DNA from: Candidatus Spongiihabitans sp.
GTDB taxonomy: Bacteria; Pseudomonadota; Gammaproteobacteria; Arenicellales; Poriferihabitantaceae
Direction: 5' to 3'
Assembly (NCBI GenBank): GCA_965237725.1
Contig: OZ250151.1
Coordinates: 2,435,086-2,499,085, forward strand
Length of the DNA stretch: 64,000 bases
Below the pieces are notes generated by a model. The model ran no database searches. It had not been told where the DNA came from and saw nothing but the letters and a program-made list of their open reading frames with translations. How positions within the stretch are numbered: position 1 is the first letter of the stretch; each line of letters begins with the position of its first letter. The position numbers and the translations under genes are program-made. Below, piece by piece: positions 27,336 through 35,244 of the stretch.

Positions 27336-28868
27336 ATGTCTGAACAAGCTAAAAAACGCGGCGGTAGAAGAGGTCGCCAGGATGCCAAACAAGCCGAGGT
27401 GCCAAGCATAACGCCTTTTATTACCCGTAAGATCCCTGAGTACGAGTTAATTGGCGAGGAAGGACTGGCGTTAATTGAAAAGAATGCAGACACCATTCTT
27501 GAAGAAATAGGCATAGATTTTAGATACGAGCCGGCGTTAAAGCTTTTCAAGGAGGCCGGCGCAGATGTCCAGGGGGAACGGGTTCGTTTTCCAGCGGGTA
27601 TGTGCCGAAAAATTATTCAGAATTCAGCCCCAGCGATTTTTGAGCAAAAAGCGCGTAATCCTGCACGCAATGTCACTATTGGCGGGAAAAACACCGTGTT
27701 TGCACCGGTCTATGGACCGCCATTCATTCGCGATCTGGACAAGGGCCGTCGCTATGCCATGATCGAGGACTTTCGTAATATTGTGAAACTGACTTACATG
27801 CTGCCTTCCCTGCATCACTCGGGTGGAACGGTTTGTGAGCCCACGGATTTGCCGGTCAATAAACGCCACTTCGATATGGTGTATAGCCATATGAAGTATA
27901 GCGACAAACCGTTTATGGGATCAGTGACTCAGCCCGAGCGCGCCCAGGACACCGTCGACATGTGCAAAATCCTGTTTGGCGAACAGTTCGTAGAAGATAA
28001 TACGGTGCTGGTTAGTCTGATCAATGCCAATTCTCCCATGACCTTCGATGAAACCATGCTCGGGGCGTCGGAAGTTTATGCGCGCAATAATCAGGCCAGT
28101 GTAATTTCACCCTTCATCCTTGCTGGTGCCATGTCGCCGGTAACCTCTGCAGGCACAATGGCTCAGATACTGGCGGAAGCCATGGCCGGAATGTCATTCA
28201 CTCAGTTGGTCCGCCCGGGCTCGCCGGTGATTTTTGGTACCTTCGCAAGCTCCATATCCATGCAATCCGGCGCGCCGACTTTCGGCACCCCTGAGCCCGC
28301 CATTGTTTTACATGGCTGCGCAGCGTTAGCCCGCCGCCTTGGAGTTCCATTTAGAAGCGGTGGATCGCTATGCGGTTCAAAAATTCCCGATGCCCAGGCC
28401 GCCTATGAAAGCGCCAATACCCTGCTGCCCACTGTAACAGCGGGAGTTAATTTTGTCCTCCATGCCGCTGGATGGCTCGAAGGTGGATTGTCTTCTGGTT
28501 ATGAAAAATTAATTATGGATGCCGATCAGCTCGGCATGATGCAGGTATTCGCTGAGGGGCTGGATTTATCAGAAAACGCCCAGGCCTTAGACGCGATTCG
28601 TGAAGTGGGTCCCGGCACCCATTTCCTCGGCTGCGATCACACCCAGAATAATTTCATGACTGCGTTTTATCGCTCCAATATTGCGGATAATAATAGTTTT
28701 GAGCAATGGGAAATGGATGGCTCCCAGGACGCCATCATGCGCGCCAATAAAATCTGGAAACAGATGTTAAATGACTATGTGGCGCCGGAGATGGATCCGG
28801 CAGTGGACGAAGCGCTGCTGGCATTTATTGATCAACGAAAAGGTTCTTTTGCAGATTCGAATATATAG
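27336..28868 (+). CDS. MttB-superfamily methyltransferase without pyrrolysine (quaternary-amine:corrinoid methyltransferase, MtgB-like)
   Basis: The ORF track opens at GTG 27276. I prefer ATG 27336 (MSEQAKKRGGRRGRQ...), giving 510 aa. MttB-family blocks (HHSGGTVCEP, LINANSPMTFD, FVLHAAGWLEGGL) and no in-frame TAG. Confidence 0.88.
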   Translation: MSEQAKKRGGRRGRQDAKQAEVPSITPFITRKIPEYELIGEEGLALIEKNADTILEEIGIDFRYEPALKLFKEAGADVQGERVRFPAGMCRKIIQNSAPAIFEQKARNPARNVTIGGKNTVFAPVYGPPFIRDLDKGRRYAMIEDFRNIVKLTYMLPSLHHSGGTVCEPTDLPVNKRHFDMVYSHMKYSDKPFMGSVTQPERAQDTVDMCKILFGEQFVEDNTVLVSLINANSPMTFDETMLGASEVYARNNQASVISPFILAGAMSPVTSAGTMAQILAEAMAGMSFTQLVRPGSPVIFGTFASSISMQSGAPTFGTPEPAIVLHGCAALARRLGVPFRSGGSLCGSKIPDAQAAYESANTLLPTVTAGVNFVLHAAGWLEGGLSSGYEKLIMDADQLGMMQVFAEGLDLSENAQALDAIREVGPGTHFLGCDHTQNNFMTAFYRSNIADNNSFEQWEMDGSQDAIMRANKIWKQMLNDYVAPEMDPAVDEALLAFIDQRKGSFADSNI

Positions 28869-28928
28869 TCTGTTCGAAACCAGAGATCATGGCCTGAATC
28901 AAGACTTGTGCCAGGCCTCGATCGGACT

Positions 28929-29384
28929 TTAGATCAGGAATTTTCGCATATAGATTCGATCGAAGCCTTTTTCGGTAATCCTTCGAACTATGCTGTAACC
29001 CCATTTTTCATAAATTTCTACATTTTCAGTCATAAGTTCATGGGTATAAAGCTCAATAGCATCAAAGCCAAGTTGTGCCGCCCGCGCCTCCGCAAATGCC
29101 ACCAGTTTCTTGCCCAGCCCCTGACCCTGGGCCTGGTTTGATACCGCAACATTATCCAGCAAACAGCGTTCCTCATCGATGATCAACACCAGTACGCCAA
29201 CAACAATATCGTCAGACCTGATCACATAAGCTTCATCGTTTTTAATCCGATTCTCATAGTCATCCAGCATTGGCCCGGGGGGCTTGCCCAGGCGCTCGAT
29301 GTAATGCTCGTAAGCCTGGTTCACACAATCAATCATCCCGGGGATGTCGTCCAAAGTGGCACGCCGAATATCAGATGTGTCCAT
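28929..29384 (-). CDS. GNAT-family N-acetyltransferase
   Basis: 151 aa. AVSNQAQGQGLGKKLV acetyl-CoA binding motif (Q/RxxGxG/A). Confidence 0.85.
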   Translation of the reverse strand: MDTSDIRRATLDDIPGMIDCVNQAYEHYIERLGKPPGPMLDDYENRIKNDEAYVIRSDDIVVGVLVLIIDEERCLLDNVAVSNQAQGQGLGKKLVAFAEARAAQLGFDAIELYTHELMTENVEIYEKWGYSIVRRITEKGFDRIYMRKFLI

Positions 29385-29414
29385 TAATAGCTGGACCTGG
29401 GATGCATCCCAGAA

Positions 29415-30377
29415 CTACTTACTGGAAATAGCTCGCTTATGATCATCCCATAACCATATGTTGTCTTTGCTCAGATGAACACCGCCAATCCAACGGTCTG
29501 GACTATGCCAGTCCATCCAATTCATTTCTCCAGCCAAAATGGCCTTACCTTCCGGAGTTAACGAAAAAACATCTTGTTTGTTTCGTGGATCGAATTCGAG
29601 TTTCTTACCCGGTAATTTAATCAGCGGCCATTGCCCTTTTAATAACTCGCTCAATACATTCCAGAAACTGAGGTCTCCCATAAAAATTCTTTGCTCGCTT
29701 TTTTGCTGTGACCCGAACAGTTTCCCTGGATGAACCTTTTGGGATTGAATTATTTTCATTGTGCTGCTCGCGGTTCGTGACAGGCCGGTTTGACTATCTG
29801 GATACTCCTGGAGCTGGCGTTCAATGGCGCCATGAAGAAAAGGCAATGCCGAGGTGTCTGACTTAAGTAATTCTGCCCACTGCATCGGTGTGCTCTGGCG
29901 AAATGCAAACCATGCCCTGGAAGCAAGCTCCAGTTGCTCTGGAATTACTGGTTTTTCATGTTCAGAGAGTTCCGCAATCTGATCCGGTGTCTGGCGGCCT
30001 AGATATCGATCCGTACAAATCATGGATAATCGCGTCCCCACCAGATTTTGATTAGAGAACCAGTCCAGGATCTGCAGAATTTGCAGCTGATCATACAGGT
30101 CGTGTTCAAACCACAGGATCACTCGATCATAGTTGACAAATGAATTTAGAATTTCATCGCGCTGCTCAAAACTATTAAGAATATCCGATGCATCTCCCCA
30201 ACCTATGTCGGCAATATAATTTGCTCGCTGTCGAGACAATTGCGCCAGATTCAGATCATCGGGTACAGGGCCATCGTGCAACACATCTCGCCAGGGCAAA
30301 AACTCCCCGGGGACATCACCTTCGCGCATTAAACTCACCGCTGAATCGCCGTTGGTGATGTTGAGAATTTTTGGCAT
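29415..30377 (-). CDS. DUF1835/DUF3658-like protein of unknown function
   Basis: 320 aa. The N-terminus LNITNGDSAVSLMREGDVPGEFLPWRDVLHDGPVP matches my memory of the DUF1835 signature. Same strand, 54 bp downstream of the RACo-like gene. Confidence 0.55.
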   Translation of the reverse strand: MPKILNITNGDSAVSLMREGDVPGEFLPWRDVLHDGPVPDDLNLAQLSRQRANYIADIGWGDASDILNSFEQRDEILNSFVNYDRVILWFEHDLYDQLQILQILDWFSNQNLVGTRLSMICTDRYLGRQTPDQIAELSEHEKPVIPEQLELASRAWFAFRQSTPMQWAELLKSDTSALPFLHGAIERQLQEYPDSQTGLSRTASSTMKIIQSQKVHPGKLFGSQQKSEQRIFMGDLSFWNVLSELLKGQWPLIKLPGKKLEFDPRNKQDVFSLTPEGKAILAGEMNWMDWHSPDRWIGGVHLSKDNIWLWDDHKRAISSK

Positions 30378-30431
30378 GGCAGAAGTGTAACCAGCCGAGT
30401 TGGAACTAGCCAGCCCTGGCCAGCGCTACAA

Positions 30432-32450
30432 CTAACGCCGCTTACGTCGTCGTGGCCTTGCGCCTTCTTTTTCTTCGCTGCCACCTGAGCTCGGCTCCGG
30501 TAAATCAACTTCTTTTTTCAGGTTTACGAAATCTGCGGTTTTATGGGGTATAGCCAGGGCTTCAACAAAATGATCCTGAAATTTGGGCTCTATGGCCGTT
30601 TCCACTTTCTGGATACGCTTTACCACATCTTCAATTTCATGCCGGGCATCGATGTCGAGCAGAGTAATAGTCGCGCCCGTACCCGCGGCGTTTCCCGCAG
30701 AAGTCACATGCTCGAGCTCACAGTCCGGAATCATGCCCAGTACCATGGCATATTTTACGTCGATGTGTGCACCAAACGCCCCAGCCAACCTGATTCTGTC
30801 TACCGTATCTATATTTAATTTATCCATTAGCAATCGGGCGCCGGCGTACAGCGCTGACTTGGCCAGTTGGATGGCGCGGACGTCGTTCTGGGTAATCACT
30901 ACTTTCACCGAACCCTGATCATAAAGGTTGTAGCTCCAGGTCTTTTCGTCAGCAATTACCCGTGGGGATTTATTCGACATGGCGCCATCGATGACACCAT
31001 CGGTTTTGATTATTCCAGCCAGAAACATCTCTGCAATGACTTCAATTATTCCGGAACCACAAATACCGGTGACACCAATATCCGCAGTGGCCTGTTCAAA
31101 TCCCGGCTCATCGGACCAGACCTCGCTACCGATTACGCTGAATCGGGGCTCCAGTGTATCCCTGTCTATTCTTACTCGTTCAATGGCGCCGGGAGCAGCG
31201 CGTTGACCGCCGCTGATTTGAGCGCCTTCGAAGGCCGGTCCCGTGGGACTCGACGCCGCCACCATTTTTTTATTGTTGCCCAGTACAATTTCCGCATTTG
31301 TTCCCACATCCACCAGCAGGGTGAGTTCATCCCGCTCATAGGGTGCTTCGGACAGGGTCGCCGCAGCGGCATCAGCACCCACATGCCCGGCGATACAAGG
31401 CAGGATATACGCCCGGGCACCCGGATTTACATTTAGATCAAGATCAGAGGCTTTAATGTTTAAAGCGCCGTCGGTGGCCAGAGCAAAAGGTGCGCCACCG
31501 AGTTCCACAGGATTAATCCCGAGCAACAAATGATGCATCACCGGATTGCCCACAAGGGTCATATCCACTACATCGTTGATATCAACATCGACCTCTTCAA
31601 CCAGTTCTTTAAACAGACCTTGCAATGCTTCACGCACCGCAATGGTCATATCCACCTCACCACCCGGATTCATCATCACATAGGAAACCCGGCTCATCAG
31701 GTCTTCGCCAAACCGAATCTGTGGATTCATCCGGCCGGTAGAATTTATCGCCTCACCGCTGATCAGATCACACAAATGTGCCGCAATGGTGGTTGAACCG
31801 ACGTCAACCGCAACCCCATAGACTTTATTTTTTATCCCGGGCCAGATGGCAATGGCCTGGCGTTCATTGTGGATGGCTAAGGTCACTTTCCAGTCACCTT
31901 GACGCAAAACCGTTTGCAGCGATCCCAGTAAATGAAAATCAACTTCAATATCGGTTAGTCCCCAATCGAACTCCAGGGCATCGAGCATGCGTTGCAGATC
32001 GCCGGTGGGATCGTGCATATTCGGTTCCGGCACTTCAACATAATGTAATCTTACCGATGGGTTGACGGTTATATTATGCACATCCAGTCGTTTGCGGACG
32101 ACCTGGCGATGGGCCTGGCTTTCCGGCGGAATATCGATAACCACATCCCCCACCAGTTTGGCCTGGCATCCCAGACGCCGGGTGGACTTTGTTCCATCGG
32201 GGAAAAATTCTTTCTCGCTTTCGCTTCGGGGAGACAGATGCTCTGGGTTGGAATGAATTTTAAACTTGGCAAATTCACCCACGCTATGGTCGATCTGGCA
32301 GCGATCACAAATGCCTCGACCACCGCATACCGTATCCAGGTCAACGCCGAGCTGTTGTGCCGCTTCCAGCACCGACTTGCCCACAGCGATGTCGCCGTGC
32401 TTTCCGGAAGGGGTGAAAACAACCTGGACGGTTGTATCCTGGTTGCTCAT
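30432..32450 (-). CDS. Reductive activator of corrinoid enzymes (RACo/RamA-like; N-terminal 2Fe-2S ferredoxin + ASKHA ATPase domain)
   Basis: 672 aa. Plant-type ferredoxin Cys cluster (CGGRGICDRCQ), a central/C-terminal ASKHA-fold region (VDVGSTTIAAHL, LVDVGTNAEIV), and a basic tail ARPRRRKRR. Confidence 0.85.
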   Translation of the reverse strand: MSNQDTTVQVVFTPSGKHGDIAVGKSVLEAAQQLGVDLDTVCGGRGICDRCQIDHSVGEFAKFKIHSNPEHLSPRSESEKEFFPDGTKSTRRLGCQAKLVGDVVIDIPPESQAHRQVVRKRLDVHNITVNPSVRLHYVEVPEPNMHDPTGDLQRMLDALEFDWGLTDIEVDFHLLGSLQTVLRQGDWKVTLAIHNERQAIAIWPGIKNKVYGVAVDVGSTTIAAHLCDLISGEAINSTGRMNPQIRFGEDLMSRVSYVMMNPGGEVDMTIAVREALQGLFKELVEEVDVDINDVVDMTLVGNPVMHHLLLGINPVELGGAPFALATDGALNIKASDLDLNVNPGARAYILPCIAGHVGADAAAATLSEAPYERDELTLLVDVGTNAEIVLGNNKKMVAASSPTGPAFEGAQISGGQRAAPGAIERVRIDRDTLEPRFSVIGSEVWSDEPGFEQATADIGVTGICGSGIIEVIAEMFLAGIIKTDGVIDGAMSNKSPRVIADEKTWSYNLYDQGSVKVVITQNDVRAIQLAKSALYAGARLLMDKLNIDTVDRIRLAGAFGAHIDVKYAMVLGMIPDCELEHVTSAGNAAGTGATITLLDIDARHEIEDVVKRIQKVETAIEPKFQDHFVEALAIPHKTADFVNLKKEVDLPEPSSGGSEEKEGARPRRRKRR

Positions 32451-32451
32451 T

Positions 32452-32844
32452 TTAGTCAGCGTCGGTTAAAACAGGAAGATCGTGATAATCACTCTTGTCT
32501 TCGATAAATATATTTTTTTCGGTGATTAATCCAGTAGGCTTATCCACAGTTCCCGCTGTAATGCTGATGGAATCCGTACCGTTTCTCTGCCAGAACAAAC
32601 TGCTTCCGCAACGATTACAAAATCCGCGGCGTGCGTCCGTCGAAGAATCATACCAATGCAGAGTGTCTTCGCAAGTTAACTCGAAATTATCCATAGCGAT
32701 GCTGGTGGCAGCAAAATGATGTCCAGTGGTTTTTTGGCACTGAGTACAAAAACAGTTAGTAACCGGACGACATGGACCGGTTAATCTGTATCGAACGCCT
32801 TCACACAAACAGCCCCCAGTTCGTACTTCAACATTTTCAGCCAT
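32452..32844 (-). CDS. GFA-family (glutathione-dependent formaldehyde-activating enzyme / CENP-V-like) zinc protein
   Basis: 130 aa. GGCLCEGVRY..., CFCTQCQK and FCNRCGS cysteine clusters of the GFA domain. Its stop lies 1 bp from the RACo start. Confidence 0.85.
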   Translation of the reverse strand: MAENVEVRTGGCLCEGVRYRLTGPCRPVTNCFCTQCQKTTGHHFAATSIAMDNFELTCEDTLHWYDSSTDARRGFCNRCGSSLFWQRNGTDSISITAGTVDKPTGLITEKNIFIEDKSDYHDLPVLTDAD

Positions 32845-32881
32845 TGAAAATACCTGTAGTTATACTTCGTGTTGAGGAAAT

Positions 32882-33784
32882 TTAGGCCCGACGTCTGCGA
32901 CGGTTAGACCGGACACCGCCGGCACCGGTATTCTCTGCTGCTGGATCACGATATTTTTTCAACCACTTGACACAATTATTATCATGTCCCATGACAACAT
33001 CCGCAGCCATGACACCCTGCATGACTTCTTCGTGCATGGGATTGGTTATTGCTGAGGTCATACCAGAGCCGATAGCCATGCTGAGAAAATGCCCGTCCAT
33101 GCCCTTTCGGTTGGGAATACCAAAGCTGAAATTGGATGCACCACAGGTTGTATTCACTTTCAATTCTTCGCGCAGCCGCTTAACCAGATGCAAAACCTGC
33201 CGTCCCGCGCTGTTTACCGCGCCCACCGGCATAACCAGCGGATCGACAACGATGTCGCTGTAATGAATGCCATGGTCCGCTGCACGTTCGATAATTTTCT
33301 TGGCCACATCAAATCGCTCGTCGGGATTTTCTGAAATCCCGGCCTCATCATTAGATATAGCAACTACCGCGCAGTTATATTTTTTAACTAACGGCAGCAC
33401 CACTTCCAGACGCTCGTCTTCACCGGTCACCGAGTTCAGCAGCGGTTTGCCCTGATAGGCTTCCAGTCCGGCTTCGAGGGCGGCCACAATTGAGGAGTCA
33501 ATGGACAACGGTACGTCGGTGATAGATTGCACTAGCCGGATCGCTTCTGCAAGAATCCTGGGTTCATCGGCCAGGGGAATTCCGGCATTGACGTCGAGCA
33601 TTTTAGCACCCGCGGCCACCTGGGCCAGTGCATCACTTTCTACCCGGCTATAGTCACCATTCTTCATTTCCTCAGCGAGAATTTTCCTCCCGGTGGGGTT
33701 TATACGTTCACCAATAATTACAAATGGCTGATCGTATCCAATTCTTAGTTCTTTGGTTGCTGAACTGATAACCGTATCTGTCAT
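32882..33784 (-). CDS. Methyltetrahydrofolate:corrinoid methyltransferase (pterin-binding domain; MtgA/MetH-module-like)
   Basis: 300 aa. Pterin-binding TIM-barrel blocks (IGERINPTG, MLDVNAG, LSIDSS, LLNSV, GASNFSFG) and a basic tail SNRRRRRA. Confidence 0.85.
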   Translation of the reverse strand: MTDTVISSATKELRIGYDQPFVIIGERINPTGRKILAEEMKNGDYSRVESDALAQVAAGAKMLDVNAGIPLADEPRILAEAIRLVQSITDVPLSIDSSIVAALEAGLEAYQGKPLLNSVTGEDERLEVVLPLVKKYNCAVVAISNDEAGISENPDERFDVAKKIIERAADHGIHYSDIVVDPLVMPVGAVNSAGRQVLHLVKRLREELKVNTTCGASNFSFGIPNRKGMDGHFLSMAIGSGMTSAITNPMHEEVMQGVMAADVVMGHDNNCVKWLKKYRDPAAENTGAGGVRSNRRRRRA

Positions 33785-33828
33785 GCTTCTACTCTGATAA
33801 TAATGTTGCTGTAATGGTGTTACTTAAC

Positions 33829-33994
33829 TATGGAACCTCTGAACAAGTCATGACCGATCAAATTGAGTCCAAAATAATCAATATCGTCGTTAAAAAATCT
33901 CGGAATAGCCCTGCTATTGCTACGATGTTTTGCCTTGATCTTGATCATTTTGATTCTCAATTTGATTCGCCCAAACTTGTTCAGAGGTTCCCTA
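33829..33994. mobile_element. MITE-2: same family as MITE-3 but in opposite orientation, TA-flanked
   Basis: TA-TGGAACCTCTGAACAAGTC ... AACTTGTTCAGAGGTTCCC-TA. The reverse complement aligns along most of its length with MITE-3 (gggcgaatcaa, aaatgatcaagatcaaggcaaaa, tcgtagcaatagca, tgatcggtcatgacttgttcagaggttcc). Confidence 0.7.
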
Positions 33995-34079
33995 AATCTA
34001 CCCAGGCGCTATCGCCAAAATGTGTCTGAATATTGCCCGTTTTAATTTCGCTACACTGTCTCAATAGCGCCTCAAAATA

Positions 34080-34394
34080 TCAGGATTGGGCTGTGTTGTC
34101 CTCCTTGTTGCCATGATTTCGGATCAATGCCATTAATCTATCCTTGTCATATTCCGCTTCGAGTCGCGCGGCTTCCGCTTCAGCTTCCCCACGAAGGTCG
34201 TCGCCACAATCCACGGCGACTCTTTTCCACTCTTCGAGATAGGCATCCGAGCCCATTAGTCCGGCGCGCATGGCTGCGCGATCGATGGCATCAGCAAATC
34301 GCTCGGTAAGCTCAACTTTTTCAGAAACCCGGCGCTCTTTGGCCATAACCTGGGCTGGAATATCGCGCCAGTAAACGGTAATCAGTTTTGCCAT
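34080..34394 (-). CDS. Small virulence-factor-domain-like protein (unknown function; recurrent companion of DUF1638/corrinoid genes)
   Basis: 104 aa. The N-terminus MAKLITVYWRDIPAQVMAK matches my memory of this small family. Sits inside the corrinoid operon. Confidence 0.5.
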   Translation of the reverse strand: MAKLITVYWRDIPAQVMAKERRVSEKVELTERFADAIDRAAMRAGLMGSDAYLEEWKRVAVDCGDDLRGEAEAEAARLEAEYDKDRLMALIRNHGNKEDNTAQS

Positions 34395-34454
34395 TATTTA
34401 TAATCTCCTCTTAAAATATTGTTGTGGATAGTGGGTAGTAATTATTCTCATCAG

Positions 34455-35090
34455 CTATCCATTAGAAGGCTGGGGTTGTTTATGACTTCCAATTTTCACC
34501 GCCAAGGCAGATTGAAAATGATCATCGCCTGTAAAAATTCGTTGATATTCCAGGTCAAGATAATCAGCAGCTTCACGGGCCTTTTTATCTATGTCCTTAT
34601 CATCCAGCTGGGCGAGGTAAATCAACTTCTTGTAATTGCCGAAAAACTGCTGCTTTAACACCGGAAAACGGTCGAGTCCCAGGCCTTTTATCACCAGCCG
34701 ATCAAAATGGTTTGCCAAGAAATCGGTTAAATAAAATGTGCCCAACTCTGCCTCATGAAGCTGGTTAAAAACCTTTGCGCCGGAAAACATCTCATAACAA
34801 TGGGCGCCAGGTAAACGCTGAATACCTTCTTTTTCCAGCATCGAATCCAGCAATCCACCGGTACCGCAGTCAGAATAGGCCACAAACATTTGTTGATAGT
34901 CATTGCGATTTTCAACAATTTTCGCTTGCACCTCTCCAGGAATTTTCTGGGGATGATTATGCAATTCTGCGGGCAGGCACTGGATATCCATATGATCCCA
35001 GTTGTTCAGGGCTTTTATCCGCACGAGCTCGTGGGCCAATGCACCACAGGCGATAATCAAAACCCGATTTGAAAGCAGCTGGTCCGACAT
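34455..35090 (-). CDS. DUF1638 domain protein
   Basis: 211 aa. NRVLIIACGALAHEL N-terminus and a CGTGG block. Typical partner of MttB/corrinoid clusters. Confidence 0.7.
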   Translation of the reverse strand: MSDQLLSNRVLIIACGALAHELVRIKALNNWDHMDIQCLPAELHNHPQKIPGEVQAKIVENRNDYQQMFVAYSDCGTGGLLDSMLEKEGIQRLPGAHCYEMFSGAKVFNQLHEAELGTFYLTDFLANHFDRLVIKGLGLDRFPVLKQQFFGNYKKLIYLAQLDDKDIDKKAREAADYLDLEYQRIFTGDDHFQSALAVKIGSHKQPQPSNG

Positions 35091-35134
35091 AGTAAACGAC
35101 CTCTACCGAGATACCCCGAATTAATATGCAGCAA

Positions 35135-35212
35135 TTTCAGCAGTGCTGAAAGGTCCACCGGAAAAAATATTTTCCGGTGTTGCCTGAAGTCAAGTCCGGG
35201 GCAATTGCCCCG
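35135..35212 (-). promoter_or_regulatory. Three consecutive perfect palindromes/hairpins in the corrinoid-gene/DUF1638 intercistronic spacer
   Basis: TTTCAGCA-G-TGCTGAAA (35135-35151); CACCGGAAAA-aata-TTTTCCGGTG (35156-35179); CGGGGCAATTGCCCCG (35197-35212). The sequences are directly visible; their function is inferred. Confidence 0.3.
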
Positions 35213-35244
35213 TCCAAATTCTACGAAGTGAGTGCCGCCAGATT

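Noticed and set aside
27336-28868. Pyrrolysine-containing trimethylamine methyltransferase (true MttB), considered for both paralogs (also 62351-63886)
   Set aside because: Both ORFs are uninterrupted, with no in-frame TAG at the position expected for Pyl, and no pyl genes are present. They are called non-Pyl MttB-superfamily members instead.
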